A stretch of 64,000 nucleotides of DNA from Candidatus Latescibacterota bacterium (GTDB taxonomy: Bacteria; Latescibacterota; UBA2968; UBA8231): NCBI GenBank assembly GCA_965242865.1, contig CBDETK010000013.1, forward strand, positions 1,664,001 to 1,728,000, read 5' to 3'. Below, in pieces: positions 1-9,547 of the stretch (its first letter is position 1; each line of letters begins with the position of its first letter). A program made the translations under genes and the position numbers. The notes beneath the pieces are model-generated. The model was not told where the DNA came from. It was given only the letters and a program-made list of their open reading frames with translations, and did no database searches.

Positions 1-1952
1 AATACACCTTGGGGTTTCAACTTTGGCGGCATCTGGTACTCAAAATCCGGCACAGGTATGGCTTTGACGGTGCTACTGATAACTCGGCGGATCACGGAGG
101 CTTCCAAGCTATCATCTGGAAAATTTTCCCGCAAAATTTTGGTCATGTTACGGTTGAGTTCCTTCCGCCAATCTTTCTTTTTTTCCTCTGCTTTCTCCAC
201 AACTTCCTCCACCAAGTTTTCAGAAAAATGTGACAAGTGATTGACGATTGCATTCGTGCGGATGGTCTTATGAACCTTAGTACGAGTTTTCTTAAATATA
301 ATACCCTCCTCATAGTGTTCTATTCGATCTCTCTCTTCGGTTTCTATTTTTCTTTTTAGATCCTCGTCCCTAATCCTTACCTCATTTCGCATAGATTTCC
401 CGATGCGATCAACCGAGTCGTCCTTTGCATCCTCAATATCCAAAGAAGCCTCTTTGAGAGACGCTTCCAGCGTTCTCCGCTGTTCCTTGAGCCTTTGAAT
501 ATCCGTCCCCTCAATTTCGGCTTGTCTCTCCTCGGCAAACGCGAGTAACCCCGCTTTCAGGTCCTGTAGCGACTGGCTTTTGTCGTGTACATAAGCGTCG
601 ATGCGCTCTTCAAGAATCTCCTGCTTTCTCGCCCGCACCTGCTCAACAATGCTCTGAATCGCCGATAGGTTGGACAGCTTATCTAAATTGAGGGCCGATC
701 GGTACTCGTCCGTGGCGGAGAAATAATCGGGATAACTCCTCTGCAAACGGTTCCACAAGTGCTTCATGGCCTCGTCCCATCCGTCCTCTTCCCCAAAGCG
801 TTGCTTCAGGCTTTCGCAAATACTTGAAGAATGGATGACTCTGCTTTGGCCTTCTTTGAGCAACTGATCATAGGTATCTCCCTCCTCGGGATAATTCTTT
901 TTTAGATCGGCGATGACCTTTTTCAAGTGCCCCCCAAGGCCCTCGGTGATACCGTCTAATACGCGATCCAACTGCCCGTCGTACTTCTCTTTCTCACTGG
1001 CAAACAATTCAGTATCTACTTTTACCGCCGCGACATACAGTTCCCGAACTCCCTGCTTGGTGGTGATTCGACCCATCAGTTCCTGATCCACCTTATTCAT
1101 AAATTGACTCGCCGGGCTAACCACGAGCACCACGTCGCATCGACTCAGGAGATCTCGGGTTCGTTGCTCTCGGGACTGCACCGGATCGTTGATACCCGGG
1201 GTATCTACGATCTCTATGTCCTGTAGATTCTTTTGGGGCAGCCGAATGTTGACGCTTTTGGTAAAAGGCATGTACGGGCCGTCCGCGCCCACGTAGTCCT
1301 CCAGTTGGCCTTGCAATGCCGAAAGGTCTCCCGACAAATCCAAGAGCTTGCTTGCCCCTAAACTCTCAACGGATATGCCGCTATCTTTTATTTTTTCTTG
1401 TTGCTCATGGGAGGCCGCGAGGACGGGATAATCTTCGCGCATCTTCCTTGCTGCCCTGCGCCGCACTCGGTCCCTTTCTTCCGAGGACATACTTCCGCGG
1501 GGATTTCTTAGGCTGCGGCTTTTGCTCTCTTTTTCCGCCAAAAGCGCGTCGGTGATCTCCTTCAACTGCCTTTCGTATTCTTCGGCTTTAGCCTCAATAT
1601 CCTCAAGGTCCTCGGGCGTAAAAAATTCCACTTCCGCTTGCTCCACCTCCCCGTGCGAAAGAACCGCCAAGGCCGCTGTCATGGGGGTCGCCGCCTTGGG
1701 CAGAATGCTCTGTCCCTCGAAGAGGAGGGCGTTTAGCAGCGAGGATTTCCCCGAGTTGACCCGCCCCACAATGCCGATCTTCAGCAGCCGTTCCGCGTCG
1801 GCAATGGCCGCCAATTCTTCTTGCAGCTTCTTGGCCGCGGGAATGCTGTGTTCAGCGCAAAGGCCCGCGGCTTCATCGCCGAGAAAGTCGCGACGCTTGT
1901 CAACGACCTGCTCTATCTTTTCTCGATAGGTGACTATTCCGCTAGCATTCAT
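1..1952 (-). CDS. Dynamin-like GTPase (bacterial DLP, second of a pair), 3' end beyond the left edge
   Basis: Not in the ORF track. Manual translation from the ATG at 1952 (TAATG overlap with the upstream stop) gives MNASGIVTY...KIGIVGRVNSGKSSLLNALLF (G1), LPKAATPMTA (G2), IVDTPGIND (G3, frame verified), followed by long coiled-coil sequence to the edge. Confidence 0.88.
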   Translation of the reverse strand, partial: MNASGIVTYREKIEQVVDKRRDFLGDEAAGLCAEHSIPAAKKLQEELAAIADAERLLKIGIVGRVNSGKSSLLNALLFEGQSILPKAATPMTAALAVLSHGEVEQAEVEFFTPEDLEDIEAKAEEYERQLKEITDALLAEKESKSRSLRNPRGSMSSEERDRVRRRAARKMREDYPVLAASHEQQEKIKDSGISVESLGASKLLDLSGDLSALQGQLEDYVGADGPYMPFTKSVNIRLPQKNLQDIEIVDTPGINDPVQSREQRTRDLLSRCDVVLVVSPASQFMNKVDQELMGRITTKQGVRELYVAAVKVDTELFASEKEKYDGQLDRVLDGITEGLGGHLKKVIADLKKNYPEEGDTYDQLLKEGQSRVIHSSSICESLKQRFGEEDGWDEAMKHLWNRLQRSYPDYFSATDEYRSALNLDKLSNLSAIQSIVEQVRARKQEILEERIDAYVHDKSQSLQDLKAGLLAFAEERQAEIEGTDIQRLKEQRRTLEASLKEASLDIEDAKDDSVDRIGKSMRNEVRIRDEDLKRKIETEERDRIEHYEEGIIFKKTRTKVHKTIRTNAIVNHLSHFSENLVEEVVEKAEEKKKDWRKELNRNMTKILRENFPDDSLEASVIRRVISSTVKAIPVPDFEYQMPPKLKPQGV

Positions 1953-3673
1953 TATTTCGTTTCTCCTTGTGCGAAGAGTGCTTGATTTGCCAATGAGCGA
2001 ATTCGATCCCGAACGCCGGTAAGTTCGGCGATGGTCTGCTCAATATCTCGCACCGCATCCTGCTTGGTCTGCTCAGCCGCGGCGATTTCGTCTTGCCGCG
2101 CCTTGATGTGCTCATCGAGAACTTTGGCCTGTTCGTCAATCAGAGCATTTACCTGCTCGTCAAAGTGCTTGGGCAGTTCACTGCGAATTTTGCTTTGCAC
2201 CGAAGGGATCACCGTGCCAATCAACTGGTTGCGAAGCTCCTCCTCTTGCCGCCGCCGCCGAAAGAAGTTGATGATGTCGGGCAGGAAGACGATGACCAGT
2301 TCCAAAAGCGGCATCACGATACTGGTGGTAATGGCAACCGCAGCCGTAACACCTCGGTATAACGTCAATCCCCCTTTTGCGGCCTTCGTGGCTGTAGTTA
2401 AGCCCTCAAGAAGGTCGCTTACCCCTCTAATCGCCAGTGGGATTTTCCCCAAATAGTGTTCAGTGCTCGTGTTGTCATACGAGAACAGGGTTTTACTGAC
2501 GCCTTCGAGGCTACCCGCCAAATCCTCGGCGATCTCTTGGTGCAACCGCCCCATTTCTTCCTTTGTCCGGCTCATGAGCGAGGTGCGGGCGATTTCCGAC
2601 AATTCGCGCTGCAAGGCGTCTGCCCCGCCGGACATAGCAAGCTGCGTTAGCTCCTCTACGGCCGCGCCCAGGTCCGCGCCGACCCCCTCCACAATGGCGT
2701 GGGTGCGGTCGGTGGAATACCGCGTCCGAACATCCTCGACCATCTCTTCCTTTTTGCGCTGTAACTCCCGCAAACCAGCGGCGAGTTCGTCGATGGCCTC
2801 TTGGTTTTCTCGCTCGTCCTTTTGCAGAGAGCTAATCCAAGTGTTCAGGCTGCCATCGAGCTCAAAGAAATGCGCCTCCAAGCCGGGCCGCCACAGCTTG
2901 CCGAACAGCTCTTCGGGATTGATGGCGTGAAGCATCCGGGCCAAGCGTTGCCCGTCGTCCATGCTCACCCGCTCAACGGAGCCGCCAAAACCAAAATCAT
3001 CTTCGAGCTGCTCCTTGACATTTTCGGCAATGTCAGCGACCTCGGAAGCCGGGCGCAGATCCGCCTTGCTCAAAAAGACCGAAAACTCCTTGCCCGCCTC
3101 GTGGACTTCGGCAAACTGCCGTTGGGCCGAGCGGGTGACCGTGCCCTCTTCCACGCTGATCAAAACCGCGTAGTGGCTCCCTCGGGCGAGATAGGTCAAA
3201 ATGGCGCGGTGATGCAGATCCAGCGGCGAGTCAAACCCCGGCATATCCACCAGCACCAAGGGGAGAATCGCTCGGAGCGGCTCGCTGTTGAGAAAGACCT
3301 TCGCGTATTGGTATTGCTGCGCCTGCTCTTTGAGGGCCGCGATCTCCGCGACGGCAAAACGGGCGGCCTCGCCATCGGCTCTGACCCCCTCGACATACTC
3401 GCTGGCCGAATGCCGCAACTCGGTCGCCAACGCGGTTTCTGGGGTAATGCCTACGGGCAAGGGGCCATCCCCCAGAAAGGAGTTGATCAACGTGCTCTTG
3501 CCCGCGCTAAACGCCCCGACCACCGGCACGATCAACTCGGCCTCGGCCAGCTCCTGCTTTAACGGCTCAAGGGCCTGAATGGTTTTTTCTAGGTCTCCCA
3601 CAGAGCCGGCTTTGCCCAGTTCCGCTTGTACCGCGTCGAGATAATCGAGAAACCGCTGCTGAGTCTGAAGCAT
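1952..3673 (-). CDS. Dynamin-like GTPase (bacterial DLP, first of a pair)
   Basis: GAFSAGKS (G1), PETALATE (G2), LVDMPGFDS (G3), coiled-coil stalk and a hydrophobic paddle segment (AAVAITTSIVMPLLELVIVFLPDII). Confidence 0.9.
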   Translation of the reverse strand: MLQTQQRFLDYLDAVQAELGKAGSVGDLEKTIQALEPLKQELAEAELIVPVVGAFSAGKSTLINSFLGDGPLPVGITPETALATELRHSASEYVEGVRADGEAARFAVAEIAALKEQAQQYQYAKVFLNSEPLRAILPLVLVDMPGFDSPLDLHHRAILTYLARGSHYAVLISVEEGTVTRSAQRQFAEVHEAGKEFSVFLSKADLRPASEVADIAENVKEQLEDDFGFGGSVERVSMDDGQRLARMLHAINPEELFGKLWRPGLEAHFFELDGSLNTWISSLQKDERENQEAIDELAAGLRELQRKKEEMVEDVRTRYSTDRTHAIVEGVGADLGAAVEELTQLAMSGGADALQRELSEIARTSLMSRTKEEMGRLHQEIAEDLAGSLEGVSKTLFSYDNTSTEHYLGKIPLAIRGVSDLLEGLTTATKAAKGGLTLYRGVTAAVAITTSIVMPLLELVIVFLPDIINFFRRRRQEEELRNQLIGTVIPSVQSKIRSELPKHFDEQVNALIDEQAKVLDEHIKARQDEIAAAEQTKQDAVRDIEQTIAELTGVRDRIRSLANQALFAQGETK

Positions 3674-3709
3674 GGTTACGCCCCCTGTTCGTTGTTTACG
3701 CGATGGCCC

Positions 3710-4705
3710 CTACGCCTTGGGCACCCTCACCACCTGCCCGGTTTCCCAGCTTTCGATGATGGCCTCAATGACGAGCTGCACCCGCAAGGCGTCCGCGCCT
3801 TTGGCATCCACCTGCTCCGGCGGCACTTGGTTGAGCAAATCGTCGATCCAAGCGTTGATGCGCGCCGGAAAGGTGTCGGCAAAGCCGGCCATGCCCCCGA
3901 GGTGATCGTAGCTTTCCACCTCGCGCGAAAAGCGCGGGTAAAACGTCAGCTTCTCGCAGGCTTCGTTGATGACGACCCGCCCCTCCGACCCGACCAATTC
4001 CAAGGTCTCCAAGCCGTAGCTGCCCCCGGCGTCGTACGACCCGGTCAAATGCCCGATGACGCCGTTTTCGTACAACAGGTTCGCCTGCACATTGGACCAG
4101 ATCTGCCGCCCTTTTCCCTTCTTAAAAAAGGCCTGGACCCGCTCTACCCCGCCGGCGAAATAGCTCATCACGTCGAGTGAGTGCGGGTGCAGGGCGCGGA
4201 TGTGGAACCACGGGCTCGACTCGTTGGGATTGTTGATCCACATCGTCATGTTGACCATCTGCAACTCGCCGAGCCGCCCGTGGGCCAGCCACTCTTTGGC
4301 CTTAACCGCGGCCGGGGTGAAGCGGTGATTCAGGTTGATCCCGTAGGGCAACCCCTGTTCGGCGGCCAAGGCCACCATCGCCCGCGCCTTGGGAATCTCA
4401 TTGGAAATAGGCTTCTCGCCCAGCACCGGAATGCCAGCGCGCAACAAGGCCATCGTCGGCTCGTAGTGATCGCCTCCGTTTTCTACCCCGGCCGTGGTCA
4501 CCGAACAGGCGTCGAGCCGCGGGCCATGGGCGAGCATCTCCTCGACCGCGTAAAAGGCCCGCGCTCCGTAGCGCTCGGCCGCTGCGTCGGCCTGCTTTGC
4601 GACCATATCGCACACAGCCACGACCTGCGCGTTCTCGTTTTCAGCGTAGCAACGGGCGTGATTGTTGCCAATTCCGCCCATGCCGACAATCCCAATGTGA
4701 AGCAT
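3710..4705 (-). CDS. Gfo/Idh/MocA family oxidoreductase
   Basis: IGIVGMGGIG Rossmann motif and EKP motif; ATG at 4705 follows a GGAGG RBS. Confidence 0.9.
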   Translation of the reverse strand: MLHIGIVGMGGIGNNHARCYAENENAQVVAVCDMVAKQADAAAERYGARAFYAVEEMLAHGPRLDACSVTTAGVENGGDHYEPTMALLRAGIPVLGEKPISNEIPKARAMVALAAEQGLPYGINLNHRFTPAAVKAKEWLAHGRLGELQMVNMTMWINNPNESSPWFHIRALHPHSLDVMSYFAGGVERVQAFFKKGKGRQIWSNVQANLLYENGVIGHLTGSYDAGGSYGLETLELVGSEGRVVINEACEKLTFYPRFSREVESYDHLGGMAGFADTFPARINAWIDDLLNQVPPEQVDAKGADALRVQLVIEAIIESWETGQVVRVPKA

Positions 4706-4722
4706 CGCACCCTCCTTTTTGA

Positions 4723-5787
4723 TTAAGTAGCGACCGGCGTGGGGAGCTCCACTCCCAACTCGGCCGCCAAAGCACCTATATCGGCCCAAGCCGCTTCATC
4801 TACGTATAGACCATCGCGCTGCCGCGCCTGCAAGCGCTGGTGTGCCCGCTCCCCGGGCAGCAACACCTCGGCCACCCCGGGCGCGGCCGGACCCGACTTG
4901 ACCCACTCGATAAAGCGGGCGACCTCAGCGTAAAATTCGTCCAACGGCTGGAAGGCCGCGACCTTGAGCACGGCGATGAACAAGGCGTTGCCCGGGCGCT
5001 CGGGCGCTTCACACGTCATCCCGGCCCCGGAAAGCGCCCCGGCCAAAACATCGACGAGCACGGAAAGCCCGTAGCCCTTGTGCCCGCTCTGGGGAAAACC
5101 AAGCGGCAAAATGGCCCCGGGCGGCGGGCCGTAGTACGCTTGTGTACTCGTCGTCGGCCGGCCCTCGGCGTCGATCAGCATCCCGGGGGGAGCGTCCTCG
5201 CCCCGGTTGCGCAAGAGACGCAGGTCGCCGCCGGAAATCATGCTCGTCGTCATGTCTAGGATTATGGGCCACGCGCCACGAGTGGGAATGCCGCAGCAGA
5301 TCGGATTGGTCGGCAGGCGTCGGCTGCGGCCGCCAAAGGGCGCGACCGCGCCATCGCCCCCGTGCCCATTGGCCGCGATGAGGCCGATGCAGTCGGCGCG
5401 GGTCGCAATTTCGACAAACCGACCCAGCCGCGCCACGTAGTTGCAGTCGCGCACTCCGACGACCGAGACCGCGCCGTCGCCGAGCTTGTCCAACGCCCAG
5501 CGCACGGCCTCGGTGGTCGTCACCGGGCCGTAATTCCACTGGCCGCTCAGCCGCCCGCCACCCGGGCTCTCGTTCAACACCACGAGCTCCGCGCCCGGCG
5601 CCACTTGGCCGTCGCGCACCATGCTCACGTATTGGGGCAACCGCAACACGCTGTGGGTATCGTGCCCCATTAGGCCGGCTTCGACCAAGTGTTCGGCCAC
5701 CAGCGCGGCGTCGGCCCGGGGGACGCCGACCTGCTGCAAGCAAGCCCGCGCGAGCGCGTCGAGGTCTGGGGCGCGCACGGTGGGCAC
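4723..5787 (-). CDS. Ldh_2 family (type 2 malate/L-lactate dehydrogenase, AllD/YbiC-like)
   Basis: GHDTHSVLRLPQY, PTNPI, LDMTTS, GHKGYGL, LLPGE motifs; GTG start overlaps the upstream TAG. Confidence 0.88.
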   Translation of the reverse strand: MPTVRAPDLDALARACLQQVGVPRADAALVAEHLVEAGLMGHDTHSVLRLPQYVSMVRDGQVAPGAELVVLNESPGGGRLSGQWNYGPVTTTEAVRWALDKLGDGAVSVVGVRDCNYVARLGRFVEIATRADCIGLIAANGHGGDGAVAPFGGRSRRLPTNPICCGIPTRGAWPIILDMTTSMISGGDLRLLRNRGEDAPPGMLIDAEGRPTTSTQAYYGPPPGAILPLGFPQSGHKGYGLSVLVDVLAGALSGAGMTCEAPERPGNALFIAVLKVAAFQPLDEFYAEVARFIEWVKSGPAAPGVAEVLLPGERAHQRLQARQRDGLYVDEAAWADIGALAAELGVELPTPVAT

Positions 5788-6953
5788 TAGGGCCGCTCCT
5801 CGTCCCAAGCCGGCGCCACGACCAACAGGGCGTTGGCCACCGGCCGCTCCCCCGTGGGGTCCGAGGGCGTGTTGACCACCTGCTCGCCTACGACCATGGT
5901 CGTCGAGCCGCCGCCGTCGAGGTTTAGGCCCTGATAGGCATTGGCCTTGGCGTGGGAAAAATCGGCCAAGCGCGTGCGCATAAATTCGGCCAACTCCCGC
6001 AAACTCATGCCCTCGCTGTACCCGGGTTGCCGCCCATCGACCACAATCAGAAATAGCACTTGCTCGTCTTGAGAATAGCCAACGGCCGTGCGCGGGTGTC
6101 GCTTGTCGGCAAAGCTGCGGCTGAGCCGCTCTTGTTCCACTTCAATAGATACGTTGCCATCGCGCAGGATGCGCGGCCCGCCGCTGACGGCCTCCATCAG
6201 CTTGGCGCGGGCTGGCAGCAGCCGGCAGTACAGTTGCACGGTGTCGCCCAAGGCGACCTGTTCGGTTGCCGCGGACCCGGCGCCAACGGCCAACAGCCAC
6301 TGGTCCGGCTGGAGGACGAGCGGCCAAGCCTGCCGCCGGACTTGCTGGACCCAAACCGAGATCGTGTCGTTGGCAATGGAGGTGGCGCCCAACCCTTGCA
6401 ACAGGAAGCCCGTGGGGGCATGCAGGGAATCGCCCTGCACCTGCGCCCGGTCGTTGAACACCGCCAGTTCCCCTGGGGCCGGCTCGCGGTTAAAGCCCGC
6501 GATGGGCAGGGGCTCGCCTTCGGCGGTCAACAGGCCCAATTCCATCTTGTACACGGCGATCAAGGGCTGGCCGAGCGCCGTAATGGCAAAGGCCGAGCGC
6601 CGCTGGGGGACGCGGATGAGGTTGCCGGACTCGATGTACAAGCCGGCCGGCCGACCGGCCTCCCCGGGAAACAAAAAGTCCCCATTTATGGCGGCTAAGG
6701 CGCCGGCGGCCAAGTGGCTCGTCTTTCGCGCCTCGGCCTGCTTGGCCGTGCGCACGCGGATGCCCGCGGCCCAAGAGCGCGGCAGGTCCACTTCCACTAT
6801 ATGGATCTGCCACGGTCCTTCGGGCAGGTGAATCTCGCGGTACACTACCCCGGGCGCGAGCTCCGCGGTGTTTTCCCGGGCGCAGCTCCAAACCAAGCAC
6901 CACGCGAGAATCGAGAGGACGAGGCGCGTGGACGCGCCGTGCAATATAGGCAA
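5787..6953 (-). CDS. Phosphodiester glycosidase (NAGPA-like) exported protein
   Basis: AAINGDF, GGPRIL, HPRTAVG, VDGRQ, LNLDGGGSTTM, RPVANAL; N-terminal signal-like segment. Confidence 0.9.
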   Translation of the reverse strand: MPILHGASTRLVLSILAWCLVWSCARENTAELAPGVVYREIHLPEGPWQIHIVEVDLPRSWAAGIRVRTAKQAEARKTSHLAAGALAAINGDFLFPGEAGRPAGLYIESGNLIRVPQRRSAFAITALGQPLIAVYKMELGLLTAEGEPLPIAGFNREPAPGELAVFNDRAQVQGDSLHAPTGFLLQGLGATSIANDTISVWVQQVRRQAWPLVLQPDQWLLAVGAGSAATEQVALGDTVQLYCRLLPARAKLMEAVSGGPRILRDGNVSIEVEQERLSRSFADKRHPRTAVGYSQDEQVLFLIVVDGRQPGYSEGMSLRELAEFMRTRLADFSHAKANAYQGLNLDGGGSTTMVVGEQVVNTPSDPTGERPVANALLVVAPAWDEERP

Positions 6954-6998
6954 GAGAAGCGGACCTCAGTGGCAAGGGGACGGCGTTAAAACGGCCCA

Positions 6999-7027
6999 AA
7001 GGTAGCTTTGCGCTGCAACCCTGTCAA
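6999..7027 (-). promoter_or_regulatory. Sigma70-type promoter for the leftward operon
   Basis: Minus strand TTGACA (7027-7022), 17-nt spacer, TACCTT (7004-6999), in the divergent intergenic region. Confidence 0.6.
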
Positions 7028-7099
7028 TTTTTTCCAGCCACTGGCCCGGCCACCGGCCAAACCCTTTATTGTATATAAATGAAAGGAGAAAGGATGCCC

Positions 7100-8107
7100 A
7101 TGAAAGCCATAGTCGTAGGGTTGGGTGGCCGGGGCCGCTATTGGCTCGACCAATGCAAACAGCAGCCCGGGGTTGAGGTGGCCGCCTGCGTCGAGCCGGA
7201 CCCCCAAAACAGCTTAAGCGCCCTCTCCGAAGGCGCCACCCAGACCGTCTACCGCGACCTCAGCGCGGCCCTCGCGACCGCGCAAGCCGACTTTGTCCTC
7301 GACGTGACGCCGCCGGCCATTCACGAAGAAGTCGCCATGCAGACTTTTGCGGCCGGCCTCCACCTGCTCGAGGAAAAGCCCCTCAGCGACCGATACGAGG
7401 CCGCCCGGCGCATGGTCGTGGCCGGTGCCCAAGCTGGCGTCGTCCACATGATCACCCAGAACTACCGGTTCAACGGCCTGCCGCGCACGACCCGCCGCCT
7501 GCTCGCCGAAGACCGCATCGGCTCGGTCGGCCAGCTCGACGTCTCCCTGTACGTCAACTGGGCCGACTCGCCCGGCTCGCATTACGTCACCGAGCCGTAC
7601 ATGTTTCTCACGGACATGGGCATTCACCACTTCGACATGATGCGCTACACCCTCGGCCAAGACCCGGTGAGCGCACACGCCCTCACTTGGAACCTCCCCT
7701 GGGGCTGGCACCAAGGCGACGCCGCCCATGTTGTCCTGTTCCGCTTTGCCAACGGCGCGGTTGCCACGCATCGCGGCATCGGCTGCACAGTGGGCCACGT
7801 ACCGGCCGGGCACAACGGCGAGTGGCGTTACGAGGGGCCGCGCGGCACCCTGACGTGGGAGGGCTTTGACCTGTACCACACCCATTCGCACCGCGCTGAC
7901 CCCCCCATTAGACGGCAGGTCCCCCTCGACGACGACGGCACCCCAGGCCAAAACCCGGTGCTGAGCGAATTTGTCGCGGCCATAGAGGAAGGCCGCCCTC
8001 CCGAGTGCAACGCGGCCGACAACCTCAAGTCCATGGCCATGGTGTTTGCGGCCGTCAAAAGCGCGGAGGAAGGCCGGCCCGTGCCGCTGGCCGAGCTCGA
8101 CGCCTGA
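7100..8107 (+). CDS. Gfo/Idh/MocA family oxidoreductase
   Basis: VVGLGGRG, EEKPLS, QNYRF, DMGIHHFD. Confidence 0.9.
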   Translation: MKAIVVGLGGRGRYWLDQCKQQPGVEVAACVEPDPQNSLSALSEGATQTVYRDLSAALATAQADFVLDVTPPAIHEEVAMQTFAAGLHLLEEKPLSDRYEAARRMVVAGAQAGVVHMITQNYRFNGLPRTTRRLLAEDRIGSVGQLDVSLYVNWADSPGSHYVTEPYMFLTDMGIHHFDMMRYTLGQDPVSAHALTWNLPWGWHQGDAAHVVLFRFANGAVATHRGIGCTVGHVPAGHNGEWRYEGPRGTLTWEGFDLYHTHSHRADPPIRRQVPLDDDGTPGQNPVLSEFVAAIEEGRPPECNAADNLKSMAMVFAAVKSAEEGRPVPLAELDA

Positions 8108-8150
8108 GCACCTTGCGCCCAATGGTCTGTTGCCACAGCTTGTTTGCGCT

Positions 8151-9533
8151 ATGACGCTTCGCCTCTTCGACACCTACGCCCGCCAAGCGCGCCCGTTTAA
8201 GCCGCTCGCGCCGCCGCAAGTCCGCTTGTACGCCTGCGGCCCGACCGTGTACAACTACCAGCACATCGGCAACTTGCGCACTTACATCTTTGAGGATGTC
8301 CTGCGGCGCGCCCTCGAATACAGCGGCTATGCGGTCCACCACGTCGTCAACATCACGGATGTAGGGCACCTGACCTCGGACGCGGACACCGGCGAGGACA
8401 AAATGGAGGCCGGGGCGCGGCGCACCGGCCGGACGGCTTGGGAAATCGCCGAGCACTACACGGCCGATTTTCAGGAAAAGCTCGCGTGGCTCAATGTGCG
8501 GCCGCCCCACGTCTGGTGCCGGGCCACCGACCACATCCGCGAGCAGATTGCGGCCATTGCCGCGATTGTGGAAAAAGGCTATGCGTACCGCACGGACGAC
8601 GGCCTGTACTTCGACACCTCGCGCTTGAGCGACTACGGGCACCTCGCCCGCCTCGACATTGCGGGCCTGCAAGGCGGCCAGCGCGTCGAGCTCGGGCAAA
8701 AGCGGCGCGTCACGGACTTTGCCCTGTGGAAGTTCAGCCCGGCCCAAGCGCAGCGGCAGATGGAATGGGACAGCCCGTGGGGGCGCGGCTTCCCGGGCTG
8801 GCACATTGAATGCACGGCCATGGCCGCCAAGTACTTGGGGCCGTACTTCGACATCCACTGCGGCGGCGAGGACCACATCCCGGTCCACCACACCAACGAA
8901 ATGGCCCAAGCCCAAGCCTGCTACGACACGCGGCTGGCCGAGTTCTGGCTCCACGGCGCGTTTTTGCAGCTCGACGGGGAGAAAATGTCCAAGTCGAGCG
9001 GCGACTTCCTGCGCCTCGAATCCTTGGTCGAAGCGGGGTACGATCCGCTCGCCTACCGCTTTTTCTGCCTCGGGGCGCGCTACCGCGCCAAGCTCTCCTT
9101 CACCTACGAGAGCCTGGCCGGCGCGGCCACCGCCCTCGACCGGCTGCGCGCCGCGACCCATGCTTGGGGCGCACCGTCTGAGCCGGATGACCGCTACGTG
9201 GCCGCGTTCAAGGAGCGCGTCGAGGACGACCTCAACCTGCCGCGCGTCCTCGCCCTGTGCTGGGAACTGGTGGCCGACGATCGCCCGGCGGCCGTCAAGA
9301 AGGCTACGATCTTGCACTTCGACCAAGTCATGGGCTTGGGGCTGGCCGCGTGGACGCCGCAAGAGGCGGCCGTACCCGAGGCGATAACCGCGCTCGCGGC
9401 CCAGCGGCACCAAGCCCGCGTTGCCAAGGACTGGGCCACGGCCGACGCCCTGCGCGACGAAATCGCCGCGGCCGGCTACGAAATCGAAGACACCCCGCAA
9501 GGCCCTCACATCCGCCCGCGCCCCCCCGCCTAA
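8151..9533 (+). CDS. cysS: Cysteine--tRNA ligase
   Basis: YACGPTVY, HIGN, GFPGWHIEC, DIHCGGEDH..HHTNE, KMSKS, C-terminal AD.LRDEI motif. Confidence 0.97.
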   Translation: MTLRLFDTYARQARPFKPLAPPQVRLYACGPTVYNYQHIGNLRTYIFEDVLRRALEYSGYAVHHVVNITDVGHLTSDADTGEDKMEAGARRTGRTAWEIAEHYTADFQEKLAWLNVRPPHVWCRATDHIREQIAAIAAIVEKGYAYRTDDGLYFDTSRLSDYGHLARLDIAGLQGGQRVELGQKRRVTDFALWKFSPAQAQRQMEWDSPWGRGFPGWHIECTAMAAKYLGPYFDIHCGGEDHIPVHHTNEMAQAQACYDTRLAEFWLHGAFLQLDGEKMSKSSGDFLRLESLVEAGYDPLAYRFFCLGARYRAKLSFTYESLAGAATALDRLRAATHAWGAPSEPDDRYVAAFKERVEDDLNLPRVLALCWELVADDRPAAVKKATILHFDQVMGLGLAAWTPQEAAVPEAITALAAQRHQARVAKDWATADALRDEIAAAGYEIEDTPQGPHIRPRPPA

Positions 9534-9547
9534 CCGAACGGACGCCC

